From assembly GCF_018350175.1 (NCBI RefSeq), contig NC_058382.1, forward strand, positions 52,392,001 to 52,456,000: 64,000 nt of DNA, in the 5' to 3' direction. The notes below the pieces were generated by a model, which saw only the letters and a list, made by a program, of their open reading frames with translations, did not search any database and was not told the origin of the DNA. The DNA is from Felis catus. Its lineage: Eukaryota. Positions 24,816 through 37,740 of the stretch are shown in pieces; position 1 is the stretch's first letter; every line of letters begins with the position of its first letter. A program made the position numbers and the translations under genes.

Positions 24816-25206
24816 TGTATTAGTTTTCTAGGGCTCCCACAACACAACACCACAGACTGGATGGTTTAAACAATAGGAACTTGTTTCCTCGCTGTTTTGG
24901 AGGGAGACTGGAAGTCCAAGATCAAGGTGGTGGCAGAGTTGGCTTTTCCTGAGACCCCCCTCCTTAGCTCACAGATGGCTGCCTTCTCACTGTGTCTTCA
25001 TTTGTAATCCTTCCGTCTGTTGGGCACATCCCTGCTGTCCATTCCTCTTCTTACAAGGACACCAGTCACAGTGGATTAGGGATCCACATTTATGACTTAA
25101 TTTGACCTTAATCACCTCTTTAAAGATTTTGTCTCCAAATACCATCACATTGTGGGGTAGGACTTCATTGTACAAATTTCAGAGGGACACAGTTCAGTCT
25201 ATATCA
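24816..25206 (-). mobile_element. MLT1A/B-like solo LTR inserted in an L2
   Basis: TG...CA termini, GGAAGTCCAAGATCAAGGTG, AAGGACACCAGTCA; flanks GGCTC/TGCTC look like a decayed 5-bp TSD; antisense L2 continues on both sides (about 24780-25560). Confidence 0.92.
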
Positions 25207-25749
25207 TGCTCTGTGCTGGCCATGAGGAATGTTTTAGTGAGTAAAGAAGAAACAGTCCCACCTCCCATCAGTTTTCAGGGAAGAAGAGAAAGACAGCCTT
25301 TAAAAAAAAATCATGAAATTAAATGATCATAAGATGATTAACTCTGTGACAAGGAGCGTCAGGTCCTAGTGCAGCTTAGAATGGGTGACCCTAACTTTGT
25401 CTAGGGGGTGGAGAAAGCTTCCCTAAGGTGGTGAGTTTGGAATTGAGGCATGAAAGGGAGAAAAACGAGTTGCAGCAGGAGGGGAAGGATTTAGGACGAC
25501 TGGGAGAGCCAGCAGTAGGTGTGACCAGGACGTTAAGGCCTGGTCCTGTTCCAGCTGGTTCCAGGAACTGAAAGGCGGCCTGCATGGCACATTCCTGGAA
25601 CACAAGGGTAAGGGATGGTCCAAAAGAACACGGGATCCAGAGTTGCATCCCTTCGTGTAATCGCATCTAATGCTGTGGAATGCTAGCTAATTTGCTCAAG
25701 AAGTGATGGTTTGTGATCCTGTGTTTAGATCTTGTTTGTTGAAATAAGA

Positions 25750-25945
25750 AATTCTCAAAAATTCTTTGTCCCCAAGACTCAATCAGGAATCTGTTTAAAA
25801 AACATCAGCTCCTGGGCCCCACTCTCCAGTGATTCCAATTCGGTACATCCTGGATGGGGTCCAGGAATCTGTATGTTCAGCAGACACTGCTGGTTCTTCT
25901 GGTTCAGTGGCTCAGAACCTCAACCTTTATAAAGAGACAAGCTGT
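25750..25945. mobile_element. MER5A-like DNA transposon
   Basis: CTCCTGGGCCCCAC..GATTCCAATTCGGTA..GGGGTCCAGGAATCTGTATGTT. Confidence 0.7.
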
Positions 25946-26059
25946 TAACCTGTTACTTAGAAAAGCCTCACAAAGTTGAGTACCACCCGACCTTTTGGAC
26001 TGTTTGCCAGATCCAAGCCATGGGGATGGGGGTGAAAGTAACCTTTGCAGAGCCATTAC

Positions 26060-26272
26060 TCTGGAGACCCTACGGGAAGTGCTTTGTGTGTGTCAGCTTT
26101 TGGAATTCAATACAACAGTCGTACGAAAGAGGGCACGTGAGTATCCCCATTTTATAGATGAACGAAGAGAGGGACCGAGGGGCTAGATGCACCTCTCAGG
26201 TCACACAGCTTGTAAGTGACAGAGCAGACACCCAAACCCCAGGTTCAAATGGCCCTACAGTGCGTGTACTCT
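26060..26272 (-). mobile_element. MIR
   Basis: TATCCCCATTTTATAGATGA..AGGTCACACAGCTTGTAAGTGACAGAGC. Confidence 0.8.
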
Positions 26273-28057
26273 CAAGTGCTAAAGTCACTAGCACTAACGG
26301 TGCCTCCTGATCACAGAGCCTGGATCAGGGCTTCAGGCACTTTCACATCCCGTTCGTTAGGTGATCCAGAAAGGCTTGGATGGCGGACCTGATTTGAACC
26401 AAGAGTCAGCCGTTGAGTCTCTTTCCAAAACCTGGCAAAAGCCCTTGGACCTCATTCCTTCCTTCTCCTTGTCATACGTGTTATTAATCTTCCTCCCCCC
26501 GAAAGACACAAGTCCAGATTGGTTAGGAAAATAAAATGTGGACAACTCAGGACAGAATCAGAATTTTCTAAATTTTGAACTTTCCAACATAGTTTTTATC
26601 TCAGCCCAAAGGCATTCTATCCCAAATTTTTTTGAAGTAATAATAAAATAAAACAGAGTTTATTTTAAAAATTGCTTTGCAAACTCCTTTGGAGCACATC
26701 ACCGCCTTATTGGATGAATCATATTTTTAACTTTCACTTCCCATCAACTTAAACATAATCTGTCAAGGAATTGATGGGCCAGTTGACTGTAAATGAGTTT
26801 GCCTTTCATGCAGTGCTGTTCTGTCCGCTTGCCACAGAAGTGATTCCAGGTCATTCCAATATATTTAATTAATTTGGGAGAGGAAATTATTTTGCCCAAT
26901 AACTGGAATGCTAATAGGACTTATTGTAATGGTTCTGTTCAGGTTTGTTGGTTCGAAAATAAACGCCTTCATTTCAGTATTTGCCTTTGGTTGCAGCCCG
27001 TTAACCCGTCATATACCGTAACCTCATGAACATCATGGCTTAATTGTAAGTTAATGTGCACCTAGTTTTTATAAAGCAGAATTCTGTCTTAACTGCTAAG
27101 TTTTGCCCCACCCCCCACCCCAGTCGTACCCCTGACTCGGGGTTTCGAACAGATGGATGGATACGAGTGACATAGGTCGTGCTTTTGAACATAATACCTT
27201 TATTGGTGCCTTGGTGATACAAATTTGAACTGACTTGGGGAAGTTAGAATAAAGTGAGGGAAATAAATCTTAGCTTGCTAGAGCATAATTGGGGCATTGA
27301 GATTTTTAGAGGTGTACTACATCCGTAGTGGGGAGAGGTTGCCACTGGTAAGGTAGGGACAATAGAACTTCTGCAGCATCGAAGGCAGAATTAAAATCTG
27401 CATATTAATAGCTTTCCTGCCAGTCACGAATAGATTCATTCTTCACATCTCAGATATATAAAGCTTATTTCAAAATAAATTCCGGGGAACGTTCAACCTG
27501 ATTGAATCTGCTGTAAGCTCTGTTAATATATTTGTTCGAGTCACTTGCACTCAAAAGCTTTTTAGACAGAATATCACTTTTTTATATTATTCATGGTAAT
27601 GTAATTCCCCCCTTTAATCTCTTCAGGGTTTCCCATTAAGTCATGATATGCGGTTCAGAGAAAGTTGGATCGACCATTAATCACACTATCTGGACTTCTC
27701 TGTGTCTTCTTTTTGTCCATCTCTTAAATCAGTCCCTTGACAGCAGCAGTAGCAGCAAGCCATGGGGCCACTCCAGACCATTTGATCGAAGCGCTCTTGT
27801 CAGGAGATGGGGTGGCTCATCTTCAAGCCAGCTAATGGAAATCATTCTGGGCCAGGAAATAAAACCGAACAACACGAACAAAATCACTACGTGTTATAGG
27901 AATCTAGTACGTTCTAAATGGCTTAATCCTACAGTCTGGATATCAAGCTTAGGGGTAACGTGCACTGCTTCGTAGGTGACCTGAGGGGTACAAATACCTA
28001 CAATGTATATCCATAACCTGTGTCAGGCAGGACACCTGTCACAGACGGGGACTCTTT

Positions 28058-28277
28058 TTTTTTTTTAATTTTTTTTTTAACGTTTATTTATTTTTGAGAC
28101 AGAGAGACAGAGCATGAACGGGGGAGGGTCAGAGAGAGGGAGACACAGAATCTGAAACAGGCTCCAGGCTCTGAGCTGTGAGCACAGAGCCCGACGCGGG
28201 GCTCAAACTCACGGACCGTGAGATCGTGACCTGAGCCCAAGTCGGCTGCTTAACCGACTGAGCCACCCAGGCGCCCC
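28058..28277 (-). mobile_element. Young SINEC_Fc with perfect 15-bp TSD
   Basis: Near-consensus body with CpGs retained; AGACGGGGACTCTTT at 28043-28057 and 28278-28292. Confidence 0.97.
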
Positions 28278-28682
28278 AGACGGGGACTCTTTAAAGCGTT
28301 TTTCATTTGACCAGGGAAAGTAAACAAGGGCATAATGGATTGGGGGAAAAAGAAAAAAAAAAAAAAAAGAAAGCAGAACTGGAATGTTTCTTTCCTCACA
28401 GTCAAGGGAAATGCCCATATTTAAAACTCCAGTTACATGATGTGTGTTCGAGAAATATTTGTGGTTGAATTCAGTTACCTGGTATATATCTGATTTGTAT
28501 CTCAAAAAGAATAGTTGAGTCTGTAAAAGCTCTTTGACTTTCTCTTCTTTCCTAACTCCAGAGTAATAATTCATTGATACTGTCATTAAGATGCTCTTAT
28601 TAGATCATTTTATTTAAAATCAAAAAGTGACAAAGCCAGCCTACGAACTAGAGTGTCATAGAAACTGATTTTTGGTCTAGGA

Positions 28683-28900
28683 CAAAGTCTGCACACTTTG
28701 TCTGCAAAGGGCCACTTAGTAAATATTTTGGGCTTTGTGGCCCGTCAGGTCTCCATCCCAACTGCTGAACTGAGAAGCGTAGTAGAAACAGCCATAGATG
28801 CGTGTAAACAGGTGAACATGGATGTGTGGTCAGTAAAACTTTATTTACAGAAATGGGTGGGGACAGGATTTGGCTGCGGGTCATAGTTTGCTGGCCCCTG
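28683..28900 (-). mobile_element. MER58A DNA transposon
   Basis: AAAGGGCCA..AGTAAATATTTTGGGCTTTGTGG..AAAACTTTATTTACA..ATAGTTTGCTGGCCCCTG. Confidence 0.9.
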
Positions 28901-31889
28901 GAGCGTGAGTTCGGGAGATGTAATTTCAAAAATCACTTTTGTTTGATTTTTTGCGGTTTAAGAACATGCTATTTCCCATCTTGGATGAGTGCTTGTCTTT
29001 TGGATTTTCATTTCTTTCTGACATAACACAAAGCCCTTGCTTTGGGGTTTCTTGTTAACCATGGCACTTCTCGTCAAACTTCTTACTCCTTGGCTCCTTT
29101 CGGAACGGCAGCCACAACCAGAGCCAGTGTGGACATGATACTCTCTATACTCATGCGACTTGGGGAAAAAAAAATCAAGAGTTTGGAATAAGGATTTGGA
29201 ACCAAAAGATTGAAGGCTGACCTCATTTTTTTTTTTTTTGGACAAAGAGAAAAGAAAGGAATTGGGGAGACGGTTTGCCTCCTCACTTGGCTGGAAGCCT
29301 CAGGGTTAATTGTCGAATATCTTAGAAGGGTGTGTTGTAAAGTCTTTTGAGGACAGATGCCGCCTAGTTAGGCTTCTGAATAACAGACAGTATATTCCAT
29401 GCTGCAGGCAGTAAGGAATCATGCTATTGTACTAAACATGTGTACTAAACATGTGTGGATCGTGGTCTGAGTTTTTCAAAGAAAAGAGGGCCGTGGTCAT
29501 CTGACCTCGTATTTCTTTGTATATATTAAAAGTCTTAACCCTCAGAATTGACCCAGTGTAGTCAGGGAATGGGAGGCTGTGTCTCCCTGCTTTCTTGGAG
29601 ACAGGGGCATCCATCATATTGTTGCAAGTGCTGGAACGTTCCAGGGAGGCAGGGCCAAGGCGATCTGTTCCTGTCACTCTTTCAAGGGAGAGGAATACCC
29701 CGAAGCTAGATGAATACACGTGGTAGCCGTTTGCTCCTAGCATCTCTGCCTTGGATGGTGGATGCCCTCAGCCGGGAGCAGACACATCCAGCCACCCCCG
29801 CTCAGGTCCCGAAGCTGTTAGTGGCCCATCCTCCCGCGAAGCCCCGAGAAAGCAGGCCCCGTCTCCTTCCACCAGACCAACGTACTTGCTCTCTATTGGA
29901 TGCTCGACGTCAAAATAAGTGGAAACCACTTTCCCCCCCTCCCAGTCCAGGGGCAGGTGCCCAAAAGCTGGTGTGTCGCTTTTGTGGTTTCCCGTCTGCA
30001 AAGCCGCCTCTTTGTACGTGCGGTGAGGATCACGGGGAGGTGTCCAGGATTGAGTAGGAGAGGGCCCCTGGCTGGGTGGGGCCCTAGCCATCCCTGGCCT
30101 CCCTGTTCCCCACCCCCCAGAAAGATCATACCACGATACCGTTCTGATGAAGTCGCCTTACCCCGCAGACTGTCATGTGATTTTTATAAAGCCATCTGTT
30201 TCCATACAGGGTATTTTATTTGGGATCCAGGAGGGGAGGGTGCGTCTGTACCCTCCATAGCATCTGAATCTTAATGAATAAAAGTGCTGAGAGTTCTGTA
30301 AAAAGGACCTGTATGGGTCTATTTATAGTTTGATAGTATTTTATAGTTTGGCTCCACATCGGATGCTTACTGTCAGCCACACAAGGAAGTGAGCCTCTCT
30401 GCTGGTCCCCTGAGCAAGGCGGCTGGGGTCACAGAAGCAGCGAACACGAGTCTCTCGTGGGCGGATCGGCCATACGAGTAGCTGCCACCCGTGTCTCCAG
30501 CGTGCACGTCCCCAGTCCAAGCGGAGGCTTCTTCCGCAACGCTTGTAGTTGTTCGTCTTCAAAAAGAAAAGCAGGTTCTGAGTTCCTGTCATCCATCCAT
30601 TCTTTAATTCCTTCTTTAATTAGTTTCCTGTTTTCTTCCTCCTTCCCTACGTCCCCTGTCCTTCCTTCCCTCTCTCCTTTCCTTCCTGTTCTGATGGGCT
30701 TTCTCACTGCCAGGTGTGGCGGTCAGGAGACTGCAGTCACCAATAGATGGCCTATTATACTCTCAGATCCCAAGAGAAAGGGGACACGCGGTGCCGCGGG
30801 GCAACAGGGGTCGGCTCCAGGAGGGGAAGGGGAAGGGACGTTGTGGGCAAGGGCCTTCATTGTCATTTCTGCTGAAAGGACCCGGGAAGGATGGTAAGCA
30901 GGCTTAGGACTCACTAATTTGCATAATTTCGGGGGACTCTGGCACAAAGCCCTACTTGTCTGGTACGTGGCCACGGGATGATCAGGCCGGTGGATGGTGG
31001 CCAGAGTGCGGGACCCATGGTGGAGGTGGTGGGGGTGTGGGCTCTAGAGTGGCTGGTTTACGTTTGAAAAGTGTGCCCAGAGGTGAGTTGTTACCCATCT
31101 CTAGGGATCTCCTAACCCTGAGAGGGGTTTGCGTCTGGACAAAAGACCCCCAGGACCTTCTTGTTTGCCTTGAAAATCATGACATTGAACGGGACTTTCC
31201 ATGAGAGACAGTCCTCCATGCAGTGCACACAGATTTGATCGTTCAGCCCCTTTCTTCTCTCCCACTGACTCCCAGACTTGATGCCCGCTGCCCACCCAAA
31301 GCCCATGATGCCCAGTGGTGGCCCAGTGCTTCCAGATGACAGAAGCAGGCCCTGGTGCAGGAGAGCACCGCGGATTGCACAGGACTTGGAGTCCTTACCC
31401 AAGCATTAATTTTGCTGCATAGGCAGCCTCTTTCCCCACAAAGCACTGACTAAGAAGAAGAGGGGCCCCAGCGCACCCAGCGGGGGGCCTGGCTGACAGC
31501 TTGTGGCTCCCTTGCCATCGAAGGTTCTGAGGAAGGTTGGAGACCTAGGCAGGAGTGAAGGAGAATTCCGAAGGAGCGTTTTGGTGGCTCATTTTCTTCC
31601 TTCCTTCTATCCTCCTTTGTTATCTCCCTCCCTCCCTCCTTCCTTGTTTCCTTCTTTCCCTCTTTCCTTTTTAATAATTTTTAGTTATAAACATAGCGAA
31701 TGCTGTGAATTTGCAAGAAAAAAAAATCTGGCTTTCTGCAATCCTCTGGAGACATACATAGGTCTAAATTTAAATGTACCTTCCTACCCTGTCTGGAGAA
31801 AGGAAGTATTTTTAAGCAAAGCTTAAAGAAAAGGAAGACATTCCTTTTTATTTTCTTGCTCATATTTGAAAGCATTTTTTTCTGCTTTC

Positions 31890-32068
31890 TTTCAAAATTT
31901 ATTTATCTTGAGCGAGTAGGGAGAGGGGCAGAGAGAGAGAATCCCAAGCAGGCTCCATGCTGTCAGTGCAGAGCCTGACGCAGGGCTCGAACTCATGAAT
32001 GGTGAGATCGTGACCTGAGCCTAAACCAGGGGTTGGACGCTCAACCGACTGAGCCACCCATGTGTCCC
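31890..32068 (-). mobile_element. Can-SINE
   Basis: GAGAGAATCCCAAGCAGGCTCC..GACCTGAGC..CTCAACCGACTGAGCCACCCA. Confidence 0.93.
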
Positions 32069-32124
32069 ATTTTTTTTTTTTAATATTGTACATTTGGTGC
32101 AATTATTGTTGAAATTTGTGAAGC

Positions 32125-32330
32125 ATACAGAACTGGAGCTTTGGGTTTGGTGACTTTGGGCAAATTACTTTTTGTCTTTACCCCCCAGCTCATTCATCTG
32201 AGTAAAGGGGACAATAGCATCATCTACATCTCAGGTCTTTTGTGAGTCGTCGTCAAGATAGTGTATGAGAGGGGCCATTACACCCTTGACGCTAAAGGGA
32301 TGTCACTCATCACTTGCCAGTATCATCATG
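32125..32330 (+). mobile_element. MIR
   Basis: GTGACTTTGGGCAAATTACTT..TCATCTGAGTAAAGGGGACAATAG. Confidence 0.65.
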
Positions 32331-33749
32331 ACTCTCATTCCCTTCACTCCTGGAGACCCTTATTCTTCACCTGAACCAGGTGGAATAGGGACATATTCAC
32401 TCTATGGGGGTGGGGGGAGAAGTCTCACAATTTCAAAGGACTTTATGTTTAGAGTGATTTTCCTAGAAACTTAAGAGAAGCCTCCTGTTTCGACTTTGCC
32501 CACAACTACCAGTGCAACACTCTTTCGAGCCTTGCCATGGTGAAAAATGAGGACGCCAGCTTAAATAAATGTTATCCCAATCTCTACAGAATCGCGATGT
32601 GTCCGATTTTTTAAAGCGTCGACTGCAGGGTATTTATTATTCAGCGATAATAATAAATCTCTGCTTATGAAATCCAGGGACTCGAGTGTCCTGGAGGGAG
32701 GAAGCACAGTGCAGAGAGAAGAGCTTCGAGAGGCAGAGGTCCAGCCAGACCCGGGCTATTAATCATCGCCCTCCATTATTTCCTGAAGATTCATTCATTG
32801 TTCCGTAGGTATCTAGAGGGTCAATTAGAGACCACAGACAGGCTTTTTCAAAGACACAGGAGGGTCAATTAGGCCCTCCTTATAATTTTCTGCTTTAACA
32901 GCAAATGCCAGCCTATTGCAAATCAGATGCAAGGGAGTTTGGAAATAAACAGGCTACTTTCCTTCCTCCTCCTTTAAAAAGAAAGAAAAGGAAAAAAGAA
33001 CCAACAACGAGATACGGAAGCGATCGGCTCTTGGTAACATATGGCTCACTGTCAGGCTCTGGTTCGAGTGAGGCAGAGAGGGGATCTTATCATCAAGACC
33101 TGCGGGGAGCCGACTTCTTGTGGGGTCAGAGCACCAGGAACGCTCAGGGAATTTCTATGATGGAATGGTCTGTTCGCATCTCCGAGGTGATTCATTTATC
33201 TCGGTGCGATTGGATGTGCGCTGGGGTGAGCGTACCATTATAAAGTATCCGAAAGGTACCTGAAATCAATGGAAGCAGATATCCAGACTGACACCGGGTG
33301 GGTCACCATTGCCCACCACGCGTTAGGGAGCCATTCCAGCTAAGCCCACCTTAAGTCGTGTTTTGTGTGACACTGATTTTTATTTGTTTTCCCTGGGATT
33401 GGCAAAGTTTGAAACACATTACAGTCAAGTCAGACGAGGGGGGGAATTGTCCTGCGTGATGGACATGTGGAAGGAAGGTTGTCAGAAGCTCGTGTACCCC
33501 CTTTTTTCCTACTATTTTGAAGCGGATCCCTAGGTTTTGATTCCACCTATCCTGAATGCCTAATCTTGTTAACAGAATGAGGGATGTATTCTTTGCCTTT
33601 GAGATCCACTTCTAGCTATCTACCGTCAAGTAGAGATCCAGAAGCAGATGAGAAGTTCTTTTCATGTGAAAAAAAAATTTTTTTAACTTAAGTGAATTTT
33701 TTTCCCCCCCTGGAATCTCAGTGCTAACTTCCAAGCCCCAGCTTGTCCA

Positions 33750-33850
33750 GTGTGTTCAGATGTTTGTTGAGAGCTGGCTAATGTGCAGGCACTATTCTAG
33801 ATCCTGGGGACCCAACGGACAACAAGGGAGACAAAACCCTTCTTAGTCCC
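33750..33850 (-). mobile_element. L2 3' end
   Basis: ATGTTTGTTGAG..ATGTGCAGGCACTATTCTAGATCCTGGGGA. Confidence 0.7.
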
Positions 33851-34039
33851 GGGATGCCGGAGCCCAGCCTCAAGGCCTCTTCTGCCTTCTGGTCGTAGAT
33901 CCTGTGTGATTTTCAAAAAAAGGGGTTAGGACTGAAGCTGGAAAGGGTGAACTTGTGTCTACTGGAGCCTTTGCTGAATCCACAGAAAACTGTCCCCCAC
34001 CCTTTTTCCCCCCCATTTCCCTGAAAAGAGGCCACGAGT

Positions 34040-34158
34040 GTGCGTTTCTTCAGGGCAGGAGTTCTGTCTGTTTTGCCCACTGTTGGTTTTTCTGAGTCTG
34101 GACCAGTGCCTGGCACATGGCGGGTCCTCGATGAGTATTTGTTGAGTCAATGAACTGA
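34040..34158 (+). mobile_element. L2 3' end
   Basis: CAGTGCCTGGCACATGG..TATTTGTTGAGTCAATGAA. Confidence 0.75.
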
Positions 34159-36088
34159 TGGCCAGCAGTGGAGTGAATCTGAGGAGCCAGCCTTATTCTC
34201 GCCCCCTGAGCCGCTCTGGGCCCTGGCTGCTGCCGCCTCCCTAGGAATCAGCTTTTTATTCCCTCGCTTTTGCTTTCTCATCCGTGAGTAAAAAGTAAGA
34301 AAACCTCTCAGCCCTTGGGCCCTCCATCCTCCTTTCCAGCCCCTACCCCCAGACTTGACAGTGTATGGCTTACAGGTATCTTTTTGGGGGGACTGCTGGG
34401 TTTTTGTTTCCTTCGTGGGATGATTTCGTTGCCAGCATTTCACAAATTGGAGACTTTACATCACATCCAGGATTTCCTGCTTCTCGTGAGAAAGCCCGGC
34501 CGGCATCATTTGCCTGTGCTTCCGAGTGGGACCAGCAGGCTGGATTTGAGCAGGGCTGCGTCTCGCTCGCTGGGGTACAGGCCCGCTGGTTTTCCATAGG
34601 GCTCATCAGGCCTGTTTTACTCATGATAGAAACTGCCTGGCCTCCCAGGCTTTGGAGTCTGTAACCCTTGTATGGCAATTGCACTAATCCATGAGCCTGC
34701 CCATCCACACCCCTGCTGTCTCACAAGCCTCCCTGACTCTAGGCCTCTGATTCATTGAGCTCTCCACCATCTGGGCTCCCTGGTGTCAGATCTGAAAGGC
34801 CGGTCTTAATTTATACAGATCTTTCTACCTAGAGTGTTCTTTTTCCCTTTTCCCAGTAACTTTGACTCTTCCGGAAGACTTGCCTGAACCCCTAAAGCCC
34901 CTCTCCCTGGAAACTTGGAGTATGTGTTGGGTACCACTCCATCCACCATTGTTCTCATAACATCCTCTACAGCCACGATTATATTGTGGCTCTTTACTAT
35001 TCTGCTGGCCACCCCAGGCTGTCATCCCTCCAAGACGAGGACTTTGCTGCTCCTTGTCGCTTCCTGGGCATCCTCAAAATCTGGCCCCTGAGGGACAAGA
35101 CACGTGGATCTGGCTTGCAGAGCCTAGCACGGGAGAGGAATGATGGCCACACTGGGTTTCCAAGGATAACATCCCAGATGCCTTGGGTGTCCCAGCAAGA
35201 CTCTGGATCTTACCATCCTGGGAATGGAAAGGTCTGGGAAGGTTTATGGATACTGGGGTATCCTGCACATAATAAGGGGACCAAATGTGCGTTTAGAAAG
35301 GGCACTCTGGCTTCAGTGAGAAGGGTGGATCTGTAAGGGGCAGGACTGGTAGCAGGCGGGCTCTTCTGCAGTCCAGGCCAGACATAGTGGAGGTCAAAGC
35401 CAGGGAAGGATGTGGAAGTAAGACGTGGCTACTGATGGAGTGTAGGGGAGTGCAAATAGCTGACATCCTGTGGGGAGTGGGTGAGTAAGACATTTTCCAG
35501 CCAATGAATTTATGAGAATAACTTCACTCCATGTTCCCCCTCCCCCTGCCAAGCATCGTCCGTATCACCTTGGTAATACAGTCTCTTATTGAAGCATGCA
35601 GAAAGCAGAGACTGTGAGTACAAAATGTGATTTTAAGCCAGGACTATTAACAGACATCCAGTGGCTTGGTTTTTAGTGTGCATACATTTTTGTGTATTCC
35701 ACGTGGATTTTCTTTGCCCTTCTTTTTCTTCCTTTTTAATCTTCTTCCTTAAGGGAAACCCCGTTCTCTCAGTGGCTTCTTGGTAGAGTGTTCTAACTAA
35801 TGACTTTAATCGTGCGAATGTAGAGCAGAAATGGACAGGAAAATCCTCAGCCCATTTATCTTGCAGACCCCAAGTGTACAGGCACAAAACCACAACTTCC
35901 ACCCTTTTTTCCCCCTTTATTTCATACCTCACCTCAATTTATGACTTGGCTTACAGTCTGTTGCAGAAAGCCCAGCTCCCCAGATTCCCCCTGAATCTAC
36001 ATTTTTCTAGTTTGTCGCAAATAGCCAGGGTCTCAGGAGTTTGCCGTTACAATGCTTCAGAGAAATTGGTGACATTGAAGGACTGTCA

Positions 36089-36090
<2 letters not shown>

Positions 36091-36133
<43 letters not shown>
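36091..36133. repeat. (TG)21 microsatellite
   Basis: Perfect dinucleotide run. Confidence 0.99.
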
Positions 36134-36134
<1 letters not shown>

Positions 36135-36548
36135 TAATTTGGGTTATAAGAAGAAATTTGCAAAGCCTTTTTCTTGTTTCTCATCTATGCAGTTCGAGGG
36201 GATTATATTAGATGGTATTTGATACCAAAAAAATATCCGTGGTAAGGCCTTTTCTTCATGTAGTAGCTCAGAATAAATTAGTGCCCCAACAAACAAGGTA
36301 CCATTTTGTAGGGTAAATTCTGAGCTGTGTTTGGTCTGAAAGTTTTCTTTTTTAACTTTGTGTAAGACGTGGCACAGAAAAATCATTTCAGTAGTTGCTG
36401 ATCTAGATTCACTGGCTGAAGTGTCATATTACTACCATGAGGCATACTAGTGATAAATATTATCTTGAACTAAGTCTTTAATAATTAATTTCAAAACAAT
36501 TAAGACAGCCATGGTATTTGAGTTCCTGTGCTAAGAATTTTATACTCT

Positions 36549-36754
36549 GGGGCACCTGTGTAGCTTAGTCGGTTAAGCAGCTCAGGTCATGATCTCATGG
36601 TTTGTGGGTTCGAGCCCCATGTCGGGCTCTGTGCTGATGGCTCAGAGCCTGGAGCCTGCTTACGATTCTGTCTCCCTTGCTCCCTGCCCCTCCCCCAGTC
36701 ACGCTCTGTCTCTGTCTCTCAAAAATAAATAAATGTTAAAAAAAATTAAAAAAA
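36549..36754 (+). mobile_element. Can-SINE with TSD AATTTTATACTCT
   Basis: SINE head and tail; duplication at 36536-36548 and 36755-36767. Confidence 0.95.
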
Positions 36755-36829
36755 AAATTTTATACTCTGTATGCATAGTGACTGAAAGCCGAAGAAATAA
36801 ATGGAGGAAGGTTTTTTCTTTTCTTTCAT

Positions 36830-37047
36830 TTTCTTTCTTTATTTTTTTTTAGCGTTTACTTTTGAGAAAGAGAGACAGAATATGAGCAGGGGAGGGGCAG
36901 AGAGAGAGTGAGACACAGAATCTGAAGCAGGCTCCAGGCTCCGAGCCGTCAGCAGAAAGCCTGATGTGGAGTCTGAACCCACGAACCGCAAGATCATGAC
37001 CTGAGCCGAAGTGGGTCGCTCAACCGACTGAGCCACCCAGATGCCCC
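36830..37047 (-). mobile_element. Can-SINE
   Basis: GAGACACAGAATCTGAAGCAGGCTCCAGGCT..CCGACTGAGCCACCCAGATGCCCC. Confidence 0.95.
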
Positions 37048-37084
37048 AGAACATTTTTATTTTAAAGCTGGGTTGTGGTACGCT

Positions 37085-37740
37085 GCCATATTTGTTTTCC
37101 ATTGCCGTGGAACAAATTATCCCGTACTTAGCAGCTCGAAACACCACCTGTGTATTAGCTCATGGTTCTGTAGATCAGGAGTCTGGACACTGTGTGACAG
37201 ATTTTCTGCTCAGGGTCTTGAAAGGAAAGACCCGTTGTTGGCTGGAGCTGCATTCCTTTCCGGAGGTCCTAGAGACCAATCCGCCCCCAAGATCATTCTA
37301 GTTGTAGGCAGAATTCAGTTCCTTGCAGTTCTAAGAACGGGCCTTCTATCGACTTTTGCTCTGTCACCTGCTGGCCAGTCCTAGCTCTACAGGCCATCCA
37401 CTTACTATGTGGCCTCTTGATCCCCAAGGCTGTCAACAGAGACTGTCTTGTGCATGGAATCTCCTCCATGCTCAGAATCTCTCTTTTTTTTTTCTTTCTC
37501 TTTTCTTTTTTTATTCTGACTTTCTTTGAGTCTGACATCTCGACCCATATTTAAAAGGCTCATGTGATTAAGATAGTCTCCTTATGTTAAGGTCAACTGA
37601 TTTGGAGCCTCAATTAACATCTGCAAAATCCCTTCCCAGTGGTACCCAGATTAGTCATCGATGGAGTAACTAAGAAAGGCCAGGCCTATACCAGGGCCCA
37701 GGCATCTCGTGGACCACCTTAGGATTCTCCTGACCAAAGC
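37085..37740 (-). mobile_element. MLT1E-like solo LTR
   Basis: GGCAGAATTCAGTTCCTTGCAGTT..GGCTCATGTGATTA..AAGGTCAACTGATT..CATCTGCAAAATCCCTT. Confidence 0.85.

Noticed and set aside
27417..27432. TGCCAGTCACGAAT resembles my memory of the start of the FTO last exon
   Set aside because: The match does not extend and lacks an acceptor context; treated as chance, so the locus is left unnamed
32631..32659. 10-bp AT-rich inverted repeat ATTTATTATT..AATAATAAAT
   Set aside because: Low complexity; expected by chance
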